From positions 94,490,001 to 94,554,000 of the forward strand of contig NC_086107.1 of the NCBI RefSeq assembly GCF_963921235.1: a DNA stretch of 64,000 nt, in the 5' to 3' direction. The stretch comes from Mobula hypostoma. Taxonomy: Eukaryota. The position numbers were made by a program, and so were the translations under genes. Positions 1 to 12,968 of the stretch are shown here, piece after piece (position 1 is the first letter of the stretch; each line of letters opens with the position of its first letter). A model generated the notes under the pieces. That model was not told the DNA's origin. It saw only the letters and a program-made list of their open reading frames with translations, and made no database searches.

Positions 1-169
1 TTTAACTAACATCTTTTCGGTCTTTTAAAGTTTATTTTAATTTTTATCTTTTTATTTTCATGTTTGCACTTTATCCCATTGCAAAGCACTTTGAACTACA
101 TTGTCTGTATAAGAAGTGCTCGATAAACCAAGCAATTATTATTATTATTAACATTCTAAAGAGGAAATG

Positions 170-550
170 TTCAACGTGTTCGTACTTTTCTCTTGGGGTG
201 ACGAAGGATGAGAGGTGCACAAGATGGTAAAAGGCAGAGGTAGGGTGGACAGCCTCAGACTTTTCCCTCTGGGCAGAAATGGCTAATACAAGGGGGTATC
301 ATTTTAAGGTGATTGGAGGAAAGTGTAGCAGAAGATGTCAGAAGCATTTTTTTTACACACAAGAGAGCGGTGGGTGTGTGGACAAGCTGCCGGGGCAGAT
401 ACATTACAGACATTTAAGAGACTCTTAGATAGGCATATAGATGATAGAAAAATGGAGTGTAAGGAAGGGTTAGATTAATCTTGGGGTAGGTTAAAAGGTC
501 AGCACAAAATTGTGGGCCGAAGGGTCTGTACTGTGCTGTAATGTTCCATT
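170..550 (+). mobile_element. CR1 3' fragment
   Basis: Degenerate C-terminal ORF2 and 3'UTR shared with other CR1 copies here. Confidence 0.7.
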
Positions 551-953
551 ACTGTATCTCTATTTATGAAGTCCGGTATATTGTATAATAATGCAACCCT
601 GCAATATTGTAATCATTTCAATAAACTTTTGCATAAAAGGAAAATGCTGGGCAGCCCCTTACAAACAAAAAAGATATTTTAAACAGATGCTGGAAATGTA
701 AAATTAGAGAATGCTGGAAATCTTCAGCAGGTCTGGCGGCATCAGCGGGAAGAAAAGCAGAGTCAGCGTTACAGGTCAGAGACCCTTCATCCGAGCTGAC
801 AGGGAGACAAAAGAAGTTCATCAGATAGCAGGGGGGGCGGGGGAGGTGTAGGGGACATCTCTGATGTCCGTGGGGACAAAAGTTGCAGGTGAAAGATTGG
901 ATCTCTGACATTGATGCAGTCCTGCTGGGTCACAGAGTGTGTGTGTATGTGTG

Positions 954-1530
954 TGAACACTGAGGCTGTCTACGAGAAGGGTCAAAACTGTCTCTATTTC
1001 CTGAGGAGACTGAGGTCCTTTAACATCTGCCGGACGATGCTGAGGATGTTCTACGAGTCTGTGGTGGCCAGTGCTATCATGTTTGCTGTTGTGTGCTGGG
1101 ACAGCAGGCTGAGGGTAGCAGACACCAACAGAATCAACAAACTCATTCGTAAGGCCAGTGATGTTGTGGGGATGGAACTGGACTCTCTTACGGTGGTGTC
1201 TGAAAAGAGGATGCTGTCTAAGTTGCATGCCATCTTGGTCAATGTCTCCCATTATGTCTACTACATAATGTACTGGGTGGGCACAGGAGTACATTCAGCC
1301 AGAGACTCATTCCACCGGGATGCAACACAGAGCGTCATAGGAAGTCATTCCTGCCTGTGGCCATCAAACTTCACAACTCCTCCCTTGGAGGGTCAGACAC
1401 CCTGAGCCAATAGGCTGGTCCTGGACTTATTTCCTGGCATAATTTACATATTACTATTTAATTATTTATGGTGCAACTGTAATGAAAACCAATTTCCCCC
1501 GGGATCAATAAAGTATGACTATGACTATGA
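954..1530 (+). mobile_element. Rex1/Babar-like LINE 3' end with (ATGACT)n tail
   Basis: LYFLRRLRSFNICRTMLRMFYESVVASAIMFAVVCW (DUF1891-type C-terminus); same 3' end recurs at about 25085-25228. Confidence 0.85.
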
Positions 1531-1531
1531 A

Positions 1532-1855
1532 CGTGTGTGTGTGAGACAGAATGTGTGAATGTGTGTGAGGGTGTGTGTGTGTGTGTGAGACAGAGAATGT
1601 GTGTGTGTGTGAAAGTGTGTGAGAATGTGTGTGTGTGTGAGAATGTGTGAATGCGTGTGAGAATGTGTAAATGTGTGTGTGTGAGAATGTGTGAATGTGT
1701 GTGTGAGAGAATGTGCGTGTGTGTGAATGTGTGTGTGTGTGTGTGTATCTGTGTGTGTGCGCGTGCATGTGTGTGCGTGTGTGTGTGTGTGTGTGAGAAT
1801 GTGCGTGTATGTGAATGTGTGTGTGTGTGTCTGTGTGTGTGTGTGCATGTGTCTG
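1532..1855. repeat. Compound (TG)n / (GAATGT) microsatellite
   Basis: Directly visible. Confidence 0.98.
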
Positions 1856-2474
1856 TCCATCTGGATTTTTTGGATACAGCAATCAAGTTAACATAGAACA
1901 TTACAGGCTCTTTTGCTCAGGATGTTATGTCAACCTTTAATTCCACTCCGCTCAATCTAACCTTTCCCTCCCACATAGTTTTCCATTTGTTCTTCCATCC
2001 ATATGTCCATTAATTGTACACCCCCTTCTCTCTTCTTTAATCCTGGCTCCCCTCTTCCCTCTTCTCCTCACCTGCTATCACTTCCATCTGCTGTCCCTCC
2101 TTCCCTCTGTTTTCCTGTCAGATTTCTTCTTCTCCAGCTCTTTACCTTTTCCACCTATCACCTCCCAGCTTCTCCCCACCCCCTCCCCCACCCACCTACC
2201 TTGCCCCTCACCTGGCTTCACCTATCACCTTCCAGCTTGTACTCCTTTCACTCCTTCTGGAGTCATAGAGTCAGAGTACAGCACAGAAACAGGCCCTTTG
2301 GCCCATCTAGTCCATTCTTATTCTGGCTTCTCCCTTTCCTTTGCTGTCTTGGTGAAGGGTCTTGGCCCAAACAGTTGACTCTTCATTCCTTTCCATGGAT
2401 GCTGCCTGACCTGCTGAGCTCCTCCAGCAATCTGAGTGTGTTGCTTGAGATTTTCAGAATCTCTTGTGCCTATT

Positions 2475-3130
2475 AGTTTCCCCTAATTGTCTCTTAAATG
2501 TCCCAAATGTATCTACCTCCACCACCATCCCTGACAGCACGTTCAATGCCTCTCTCACTCTCTGTGTAAAAAACCTGCTTCTGACATCCCCTATCCTAGA
2601 CTTTCCTCCAATCACCTTAAAATTAAAACCCCTGATATTTTTTACTATTTCCACCCGGGAAAAAGTCGCTGGCTGTCCCCTTGACCTATGCCTCTTATCA
2701 TCCTGCACATCTCTGTCAAGTCACCTCTCATCTTCCTGCACTCCAAAGAGAAAAGCCCTGGTTTACTCACCCTCTCCTCATAAGACATGCTCTCTAGTCC
2801 TGGTAAATACAGCATCCTGGTAAATCTCCTCTGCACTCCCTCTAAAGTTTCCACATCCTCCCTATAATGAGGTGAACACAATACTCCAAATTTATTCTAA
2901 CCCAGGTTTTATACAGCTCACAGATCTCAACCTGGTCCCCCAACTAACGAAGGTCAACACACCGTACGCCTTCTGAACCACCCTATCAACTTTGAGGGAT
3001 CTATGGACATAGACTTCAAGATCCTTCTGTTCCTCCACACTGCCATTAACTTCCTACTCTGCCTTCAAGTCCGACTTTCCAAAGTGAATCACTTCACACT
3101 TTTTCAGACTAAACTCCATCTGCCATTCAG
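2475..3130 (-). mobile_element. CR1 ORF2 3' fragment
   Basis: SPHYREDVETLEGVQRRFTRML...SYEER and FFTQRV motifs. Confidence 0.85.
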
Positions 3131-4048
3131 TTAATAATGAAAAACAGATGTTTTAAATCATGCTCATCTTTGCAGTCAAAAGATTCAGCATAATTTGTAC
3201 GGCTTCCTGAAAAGCCCCAAATAAGTTTCAACGGGAGATCCCAAAGCTGATGGGTTTATCCTGAGAAGTGTCCAGTTTTGTGGACAGCAGCACCCTCTAG
3301 TGTCGAGAGAAAGCAAGCTGCCGGAGGAACGCAGTAAGTCAAGCAGGTGGGGGGACAATTTGACCCGAATTCCTTCCCACCACCCCTCTCTGCACCACAG
3401 ATGCTGCCTGACCCGCTGATTCTCTTTCAGCAGATTGTTTGTTGCTGCAGATTCCAGAGTCTGCAACATCTTGCGTCTCCCATCCAGCGTGATGTGTGTT
3501 AGACCAGAACTAAAGATAATGATGGTTGGTGTGGACCTGGTGACTGATGGAAGTCCTTCTGCACTGCATGACTCAGTGATACTGGGACATGTTTGAATCC
3601 ATCACTTCTCAGCAGGGGAATTGAAAATCATTTGATTAATATAATATCATCATTATGTTCCGTGTTGTATGACGTGGGTGATCAGTCTTTGACTATGATT
3701 GTTCTTAGCAATTTTTTTCTACCGAGTTGGTTTGCCATTGCCTTCTTCTGGGCACTGTCTTTATAAGACGGGTGACCCCAGCCATTATCAGTACCCTTCA
3801 GAGATTGTCTGCCTGGTGTCAGTGGTCGGATACCCAAGATTTGTGATATGCGCCAGTTGTTCATACAACCATCGACCACCTGCTCCCGTGGTTTCATGTG
3901 ACCCTGATCGGATGGGGAGATAAGCAGATGCTACATCTTGCCCAAGGGTGACCTGCAGGCTAGTGGAGAGAAGGAACTCCCTACACCTCCTTTGGTAGAG
4001 ATGTATCTCCACCCTAGCACCTTATGTAATCTATAATATAAAAACTAA

Positions 4049-4455
4049 TGTAACATGCTGGGCAAGGTTTCACTGCTAATGTAATGGTTTTTCTGTAGAA
4101 GCAGTGTTTGGGTTATGGTTCGAGATACCGGGTGCTTTGGAATGTGAGCTGGGTCCTTTGTTCAGTGAGGGATGAAGACAGAAGACACTGGAGGGAACTG
4201 GTCATAGGATACGACCCAGTGGGAAGATGGTGATTCGACGGAGCTGGGTGGCAAGATCGACTGAGGATCGGTGAATTGAGCTGCAACTGGTGCACATTTG
4301 GCAGTTTAATATTAATGGGCCCTTTTTGTTTCTTTCTTTCTTTTCTTTATTAACCCTTTAGTTAGGTAGGAGAGCCATCTCAATCTCACGGGTTTGGCGG
4401 GACGGGAGAGTGCCTTCCCTAGATTTACGAAGCCAAGGAAACCAGCGGGATTTCA
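4049..4455. mobile_element. Solo LTR (Gypsy-like)
   Basis: TG...CA ends; 4-bp TSD ctaa (4045-4048, 4456-4459); motifs shared with 35411-35862. Confidence 0.75.
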
Positions 4456-4689
4456 CTAATAACAGTACATGTGACCATAAAATAACCAGACTGCAGTAAC
4501 CCATCAGAAAACCTGATAATGTCTTTCAGGGAAGGAAGAACCTACCAGTACTGGACTGTGTGTGTGGTTCCAAACCTATGGTAATATTAATGACTCACAG
4601 TAAAACCAATCACTTTTGAAAGTCAGGGTCTGTAGAAAGTAGAGCCCCTAATTGTAAGAGTTAAAACACAATGCAAATCATAAACATAA

Positions 4690-5198
4690 GGCGTGATCCA
4701 GGATCTCCGGAGGGAAAGGCCCCGAATCCTCGGCTTTGCTTGTTGTTCGGCAGCCGGGGCGGGGTCAAAGCACTCGGCAGAGATGGTGCCCGGCACTCGG
4801 TGTCGGAAGGGCTGGTCGGAGGCTCGAAGTTTTCGGACGGACTCAGAGTCGGCTATGGTCGGGTGCTTCCAATGCATCGACAGTTGTCGGTGCCTGGAGG
4901 TTTATGGCAGAGAGAGTTTCTCCCTTCTGCCATCTGCTATCGGGGACTAGCGGGAGTCGATCAGAACTTTGAGACTTTTTTTTTACCGTGCCCATGATCT
5001 GCTCTTTATCAAATTATGGTATTGCTTTGCACTGCTGTAACTATATGTTATAATTATGTGGTCTTGTCAGTGTTAGTCTTTGGTTTGTCCTGTTTTTTTT
5101 GTGATATCACTCCGGAGGAACATCGTATCATTTTTTAATACATGCATTTCTAAATTACAATAAACGAGGACCGAGTGTCCTCATAATCTAATCTAATC
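4690..5198 (+). repeat. CpG-rich non-coding retroposon-like segment with (TAATC)n tail
   Basis: CpG-rich 5' part, LINE-like 3'UTR with aataaa and short tandem tail. Confidence 0.5.
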
Positions 5199-6232
5199 CA
5201 AAAAAAAATGTCAACTATTTATTCCTCTCCATAGATGCTGCCTGACCTGCTGAGTTCCTCCAGCATTTTGTGTGTATGTTACTCTAAAATATAATGCAGT
5301 GCAGCTTGTATAAATATAAATGCCATGAAGAGTGATACAAATATCAGAAAACAAGGGCAAAAAGAAAGGAGAACAAAAGCAACATACAATCTATGGAAAA
5401 ACTGAGTGGGTTGAGCAGTATCTGTTGGGGGGGTGTAGGGGGAAGGAATTGTCAACACTTTGGGCCAAAACCCTGTGTCAGAACTGAGAATGACGACAAA
5501 AAAATTGGAGACATTCCTCACCTGACCTGCTGAGTATCCCTGACATTTTGTGTTCTTATTTCTGATTTCCAGTGCCTACGTTCGATGTGCAATTCACAAG
5601 TAAGAGGTGGGTTGTTCCGTAAGCTCTCAAGAAATGGAACTGGGTCCAAGTTAAAGCATGGGTTGAAGTGATTGCTGGTAGGGGGAGTCTCTCTCACTGA
5701 TGTGAGTGTCCCCGGACTATAAGATAGTCGCTACCAGGCGGAACCCAAGTAAATAAATGACCCTGATGAAGGGTCTTGGCCCGAAATGTCAACTGTTTAT
5801 TCCCCTCTGTAGATGCTACCTGACCTGCTGTGTTCCTCCAGTATTTTGTGTGTGTTGCTCTGGATTTCCAGCACCTGCAGAATCTCTTGTGATGAAATAA
5901 GTGTGTTGGATTGTGGATCTGTTAATGTTAATAGTAAGTGTAAATAATCAGGCTGGATCGGGCAGAGTCAAGTGCTGCTCTGGAGTAAATGCCCCATTGT
6001 TGGTAGGGAATGGCTGTGTTGGGGGGTTGGACAGCCACCTGCCCTGAAGCGTGCAGCTCTTTGCTTCTGGACAGTGGCCAAGTTGGTGAGCTTGGTTGGA
6101 TATGCACGGGCAGGGGAGCATGGACGGGGGGGACGTCTGCACCTGTGACGTACACCCTCCGTGCAACGACCGCTCGGCTGAACGCAAAACCTACTCCCGC
6201 AGCCGTGAGGGCTGCTGGAAGCCTGGTCTCAC

Positions 6233-6332
6233 CGGCTCGTGCAAAGTCATCCTTGCTGTACGTGAAATCCTTGAGGAACGTGATGCATTCTGTCTCGTGG
6301 TTGTATCGCCGCGCCGTCTCCAACAACATGAT
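6233..6332 (-). CDS. NR1H2: LXR ligand-binding-domain exon (IMLLETARRYNHETECITFLKDFTYSKDDFARA); gene continues beyond the window start
   Basis: cttccag| acceptor, G|GTGAGA donor; 100 nt, phase 0/1; nearly identical to human LXR-beta as I recall it (…SKDDFHRAG). Confidence 0.97.
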
Positions 6333-7322
6333 CTGGAAGGGAAGAGCCACACAAGCACAAGTTTACAACCCTCTCACTCCTTCTTCCCCCTCCTCCCATC
6401 CTGTACCAGGGGCTCGAAGATTGGCTTTATTTGTCATAGATGCGCCAAAACACAGAAACATGGAAATGTGTCATTTGCATCAATGGCCAACATAGCCCAA
6501 AGATGTGCTGGGGACAGTCAGCAAGTGCCAACGCAGCATACCCAGAATTTACTAATCTGAACCCATACATCTTTGGCATGCAGGAGGAAACCGGTGCACC
6601 CACAGGAAACTTCCTCGGTCACGGGAAGAATGTACAAACTCCTTACCAACAGCGGGGGGTGGGGTGGGGAGTTAAACCGACGGCTGGTGCTGTAAAGCAT
6701 TGTGCTAACTGGTACGCTATTGTCTGCAATGGTGGTGATCACTCTTCAAAATTACTTCAGACGCAAGTTATCTCTGATTAATCTAGATCTCCACATCAAC
6801 ACAAGTTCTTTGTTCTTATGCCTGACGTCACAGAATGAGTCCAGCTTCAGGATTACTACTGGTCACCACCGGGTCACAGGGGGAAAAAATATGACTGGAT
6901 TTAACAAATGGCTTTAGGACTAACACACACAAAATGCTGAAGGAACACAGCGGGGCAGGCAGCATCAATGGAGAGAAATAAACAGTCGAAGCTTCGGGCA
7001 GAGATCTTTCATCAAAGCTGATTTTGTCTATGTTGCTCTGGATTTCCAGCATCTGCAGAATATCTTTGTGTTTTAAATGGCTTTAGGATCTTTGTAAACA
7101 GCTTCAATTCATTAATAAGCAGAAGGCAGACGCAGAGACTCTGACAAGTATAAAGAAGCATCTGGACTCACAAACAAACAAGAGAAGATCTGCAGATGCT
7201 GGAAATCCAAGCAACACACACAGAATGCTGGAGCATTTTCTGTACTCAGGAAGGTAGCTGCCTTCACTAGGGAACCTAACCATCCGGGACTTGTCCTTCA
7301 GGGAAGAGGTACAGGGGCCTGA

Positions 7323-7402
7323 AGACAGACAGACAAGACAGACACAGACAGACAGACACAGACAGACAGATAGATAGACAGACACACACACACACACACA
7401 CA
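7323..7402. repeat. (GACA)n/(CA)n microsatellite
   Basis: Directly visible. Confidence 0.95.
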
Positions 7403-7819
7403 AATTACAGGAAGCTTCTTCCCCTCCACCATCAGATTTCTGAATGGTCCATGAACCCATAAGCACGGCAGCATTATTTTTTTAATCTACGTACTTTGTA
7501 ATTGATGGTAATTTTTTTTTGTCTTTGCACGGCTTTGCTACCACGACTAATTTCACACGATTCTGATTCTGGACAAGCCCTTGAATTGCCAAGGCACAGA
7601 GGCTACGGTTCAGGTGTGTGGGTGGATGGGATCAATGTAGTTGGGCACTTGATTGATGGTCAGCATGGACTTGGTGGGCTGAAGGGCCTGTTTCTGTTCT
7701 GTGTGACTCCCCAGTAAACCTGGGTTAAGCTCACCCTTCAGCAGGAGCCGGCTCCATTTTAGGATACGCACAAGGATGTGGAAAGAACACTGGAGCCATT
7801 TTAAGCTCGGAGTCCTAAG

Positions 7820-9590
7820 TTCGAAGTAAATTTACTATCAAACAGTAAACCAAATACAACTCAGGTTCATATTCTTGCGGGCATACTCAGTAAATCCAAG
7901 AGACAGGATAGAATCAATGAAAGACCGCACCCAACAGGATGGATAAACAACCAATCTGCGAAGGCAATGAACTACAAATACAAAAGATAGATACAGTAAG
8001 TAGATAGATAAATAAATATCGAGAACATGAGATGGTGGAAGTGAGTCCGTAGGCTGTAGGAACAGTTTAGTGATGGGGCGAGTGAAGTTATCCCCTTTGG
8101 TTCAAGAGCCTAAAGGGTAATAACTGTTCCTGAACCTGGTGGTGTGAGTCCTGAGGCTCCTGTACCTTCTTCCTGATGATGGTGGGGGTCCCTAATGATG
8201 GATACTGCTTTCCAAATTGTACAAAGATGTATTGAGGACAAGGGCTTGAAGTTTGTGATTAATCTTAAGGGGATGATAATATTGAATGTCGAGCTGTAGT
8301 CAATAAAGAGCATTCTGATGTATGCATCTTTGCTGCCCAGACGTCCCAGGGTTGAGGGAAGAGCCAGCGAGTTGCCACCAATTGTGGGTCCCTTGTGATG
8401 GTTTAGGCAAATTGGAGGGAACGCAAGCTGCTTCTCAGGTAGGACTCGATAGGTCTCATCACCAACCTGCAAAACTCTTCACCACTGTGGACGTCAGTGC
8501 TTCTGGACAATAGTCACTGATGCAGATGACCACATTTTTCTTAGGCACTGGCATAATTGAAGTCTGCTTGAAGCAGGCGGGCACCTCAGACTGCTGAAGC
8601 GAGAGATTAAGGATATCAGTGAACATTCCAGCCAGTTGACCAGTACAGATCTTTCACACTCAGCCAGGTATCCCATCTGGGGAGGATGCTTTCCGTGAGT
8701 TCCCCCTCCTGAAGGATGCTCTCATGTCAACCTCAGAGACTGAAATCACAGGAGTTCGCGATGTTCCTCCACGTTTTGACAGTCAAAGTGAGCAGAGAAG
8801 GCTTTGGCCTCATCTGAAAGCGAAGCCCTGTTGTCACCTAGTCACTCGGTTTCACTTTGTAGGAGGTGATGGCATTCAAGCCCTGCCACAGCTGTCCAGC
8901 ATCCTTCAGTGGTTCCACTTTGGTCTGGAACTGCCACTTTGCATGAGAGATTGCTTTTCAGAGATTGTACCTGGAACTCCTGTATTTTACAGCATTGCCA
9001 GAGCCGAATGCCCCTGATCTGATCCGCAGCAGTTTGCAGATCTCATGGTTCATCCGGGGCTTCTGATTAGGGGAGACTCTGAATGATTTTGTGAGGATGT
9101 GCTCGGCTATGGCTGTTTTTATATCTGTGACAACAGTGGTGTATTCATTCAGATCCTCTGATCAGTCCTTGATCAGCCCTGTCTAACAACTCAAAGCAAT
9201 CTTGTAGCCACTCCTCTGCCTCCCATGATTGTTGTCTTTATCTCTGGAGGTTTGCTCTTTAGCCTCTGGCTGTCTGTAGGTAAGAAGCCAGCCAAGTGAT
9301 CAGATTTCCCCAAATGCAGTCAAGGGACGGAATTCCCAATTGTAATACTGTATAACAGTGAGTTTGGACCCTGGTGCTGCAGGTTACATGCTGATGATAA
9401 CTGGGCAGAGATATCTTCAGACAAGCCTGATTGGAGTCCCTGATAATGATTTGAAAGGTGTCGGGGTAGGCTGTTTCTTGTTTCCTGATGGCAACATTCA
9501 ATATCTTGTGTGCCTCCTTAACATCAGCCTTTGGCGGTATGTAATCTGCGGTTAGGTTCAAGAACGAGAACTTTCTTGTTAACTACAACA
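7820..9590 (-). mobile_element. Degenerate Rex1/Babar-like LINE (endonuclease, RT and 3' remnants)
   Basis: YIPPKADVKEA, YIRMLFIDYSSTFNIIIP, SIIRDPHH. Confidence 0.8.
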
Positions 9591-9609
9591 TTACTGAAAC
9601 AGACAGGTA

Positions 9610-10642
9610 CAGTGAAACCCCACTATAACATGATCGTTTGGGTCCATAAAATGTCATCGCGAAAAAAGAGGGGTCGTGCTAAATCAGGGTTGTTGTTACT
9701 GTAGAAATTAAAACACAAATTAATTTTTAGTAAAGCCTTTTAATACACTAAAGAACAAATAAAAAAACTCAAGTATATTAGCAATTATCATTTACAGTTT
9801 ATTTCTTAAAGAAGTGATTGAGTGTTCCTTGCTTGAACGTAGCATGTCGCTGGTGTGTTTTCAGTTCAGCCGTGTATTTGCACTGTCAGCTGAGTGAATT
9901 TCTCCTGACACTAACACTTGAGAAATTCCGTGGCGGCGTTTAAACCGGTCTAGCCATCCATTTCTAGTTTTGAGCTGTGAGGTTTCTCTGTTGATCTGCT
10001 TGTCAAACTTCTCGGCTTGAGCTTTGAGAATAGGACCGGAAACTGGAAGGCCTTCTGAGCGAGATTGAATGAACCACTCGTGCAGGGAGTCCTCGAGGCT
10101 GACATCTTTGGCTGTCTTCAGGCATTTGGCTTTTAGTCCTGCTTCTTCTTCAACTTTGCAAAAGCGACGTGCGTAACTTTTCTTTGTGAGATTTCCAGCC
10201 ACGAAGTGTTGATTCCGGTATCCCGAGGTCTCGTGCAACTTGAGTTTGACTTTTAGTCTTGATCGCATCAAGTGCTTGAAGCTTATCTTTCACAGAAAAA
10301 GATTTTCTTTTTCTAGCAGTTTGTTCCATTTTGAGCAAAAACAAAAGGTCCAATGACTCACACAGAATGCTGGTGGAATGCAGCAGGCCAGGCAGCATCT
10401 GCTCAAGACCCTTTGTCAGAATTAACGGAAAAAAGAGATAGCGAGAGATTTAAAAGTGGGAGAGGGAGGGAGAGACCCGAAATGATAGAAGACAGGAGGG
10501 GGAGGGATGAAGCCAAGAGCTGGGAAGTTGATTGGCAAAAGGGATACAAGGCTGGAGAAGGGGGAGTACGGATTGACATGGATATGGAGTCCAATGACTC
10601 ATCGCGTTATATCCGAATTTGCGTTAAATCGGGGTTTCACTG
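9610..10642 (-). mobile_element. Internally deleted Tigger/pogo DNA transposon with a nested Penelope-derived piece
   Basis: TIRs cagtgaaacccc / ggggtttcactg with TA on both sides; CENP-B-type HTH regions (KRKSFSVKDKLQAL...GIPESTLRGW; LHEWFIQSRSEGLPVSGPILK...GWLDRFKRRHGI); DDE domain absent. Confidence 0.93.
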
Positions 10643-10859
10643 TATTTGTAGGAATTTCGCGGTTACTGACACTAGCCTAATTACTAATTCCATTTTTACT
10701 TAATTACTTGAGTTTAAATTCCTATTTGCCATGCAACATTCTCTCAATTTTTTTTTCCAGCTGTGTGGACCAACCATTGCTCTGATCAGAAATCTTCCAC
10801 ACGGCCTGAACACCGCAGCGCTTAATTTTACTTGAAATATGCACCCTAGGAAAACTGAA

Positions 10860-12005
10860 AAATCACACACTTTTGATTTTATTTATGAACTGAAGTATAT
10901 AATGAAATATTGTATAACAAAGAAAATCTTTCACATGTTGCAAACTTCTCATCTGTCTATTACAAATCCATTGTCTATAAACACTGTCCAGATTAATTTC
11001 ACATCCAGATGAAAGATACGTCTTAATCATCATTAGATCATCCAAACGCTCCACTTTTAGTCATAAGACTGAATCCATGTTCTCAGACAGCACTAGGAGC
11101 TTGAAATATTCCAATGATGCCAACAAGAATTGATAGTTCTTCAAATTCTTCGTTTCTAAGCATGGAGTTCAACGTATCAGTTAACGTCTTAATTGAACCA
11201 GTCTTACCTTTGTCAGAAATTACAAATTTAAAATCACAGTATTGCTGTGATATTTTTGAGGGTACACTTTTGTTGTAGTCGTAATAATAGCTGAGTATTT
11301 TTTTTTTGTCAGTTGTACAATATTCTCTTTTCCAAATTCAAAATGGGTTGGAAATAATTTGGAAAAATGTGTGGCTCGGGTGGTCAATGGTTCGGTTGAG
11401 TTGTTCTCTGATCTTGGCAATTTACTTGCAAACTTCTCACCACCATATGAGGAGACACTGTTAATAGTGCACCGATGATGTCTCCTTGTATGGTGACGAA
11501 ATGTTTGCAAGTAAATTGCCAAAATCGGAGAACAACTCAACCCAATTAAAATTGGTTGTGGTTGCAATAGCAACAGGGTTAAAAGTTTGCCATTCTCTTA
11601 ACTTATCATCAGGAAGTTTATTATCCAAGTGATTATACACATGTTGAATTAATTGAATATTAGGCACAGTATCAACATCAGAACGCACAGATGCAAGATC
11701 TTTCGCTTTGTCACGCCAATAAACAGTATCACCAAGATACTGTGAATGTAACTTGTGAAATTTTGCTATGGCATACTGCAGTGCTTCAAATGCATTCAAA
11801 CAGCTTTTCTGAAGGAATTTACAAAGACATGCCAGATCTTTTAAAACATCATTAAGGACAGTTAATGCTACTCGATATTCCAGATTGGTCAAAACCTTCA
11901 GGCATTAGTTAGTGATCGGATCGTTACATTCATTAGCTTGTTCTTCGCAATACTGGATCAAAACATATATAACAGTACATGAAAGAAAATTCCTGCTGTG
12001 TAGCA
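10860..12005 (-). mobile_element. Degenerate hAT-family transposase, C-terminal half
   Basis: LNDVLKDLACLCKFLQK; dimerisation-domain remnant GIFQAPSAV*EHGFSL (cf. SSADCERGFS) and RLDDLMMIK. Confidence 0.75.
11394..11542. repeat. 64-bp imperfect inverted repeat with 21-nt loop
   Basis: Arms 11394-11457 and 11479-11542; 8 mismatches by manual alignment. Confidence 0.95.
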
Positions 12006-12644
12006 ACATTTCTGTTACTACGCAGCTGCACACCCTCGAGGGAGCAGTGTAGGAATTGAACTTGATTCTCCACATCGATGGTCCAGAACTCTGGCTGCAA
12101 TCCCGTAACTTGACCAATACACAATCATGCCCCTTATTTTATGGGCCGTCAAAGTGGTTATATTACTGGAAGAGAAGGCGATGGGTGTGACAGTAGACTC
12201 TGTTCCCTTCATATTCCTGTGTCTATCTGAAAGACTCAAACTCCACCACATAGCCTGCTTCCACTCCCACCCCTGGTAAACCATTCCATGCACCCACCAC
12301 CCTGCATTAAACCTTCTCCCCCCGTCCCTTTCCCCGATTTTAAAAGCGCGCCCTCTGGGGTTTGACATTTCTACCTTGTAAAAAAGGTTCTGTCTGTTTA
12401 CCATATCTACACCTCTCATAGATGGAGTTAATTTTATAAACTTCTCTCAGGTCTCCCATCAGCCTTCAGAGCTCTAGGGAGAACAATCCAGGCTTGTCTA
12501 ACCTTTCCTTATACTATACATCATACTCTCTATCCTGGTGAACCCCTCCACAAAGTCTCCAACCTCCCCATATCAGGAATGGTTGAATAATTAAAGTAGA
12601 AGAAGGGGAGATCTTTTTTTATTTACTGAGATACAGCGTAGAAA

Positions 12645-12968
12645 AGATTAAAGCCTCACCACGTATCTACGAATCGTATGCTATGCACCTAGTTAGAAGA
12701 GATATGATGAACTTGGGTGCTGCACCATGTGCCTGGACCTGCCCAAGGCCTCCACCTAAGGAGGCCGAGCTCGAAGAAGTGGCCACGGCTGGAGGCTGAC
12801 ATGGCCTCGGGCTCGAGTTTGGTGGGGGCAGCGGCGGGTGGTGCCAAGGCGGCCAGCGAGAACAAACTGGAGGACAGACTGTACTCGGTGCTGTCGCAAG
12901 ATCGAAGAAGATGGAGATGCATAGCCAACCCCATATTCGGGATGGCACCCACTGACTGACTGACTGAC
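12645..12968 (+). mobile_element. GC-rich RTE-like LINE 3' end with (GACT)n tail
   Basis: RPSSKKWPRLEADM...SQDRRRWR..ANP resembles the RTE C-terminus; short tandem tail. Confidence 0.55.

Noticed and set aside
1458..1901. His/Thr- and Cys/Val-rich ORFs
   Set aside because: Translations of the (TG)n microsatellite.
1..6232. Remaining LXR exons (GLQVEFINPIF... onward)
   Set aside because: Not found by reading; most likely outside the window, so the gene is not called truncated or a pseudogene.
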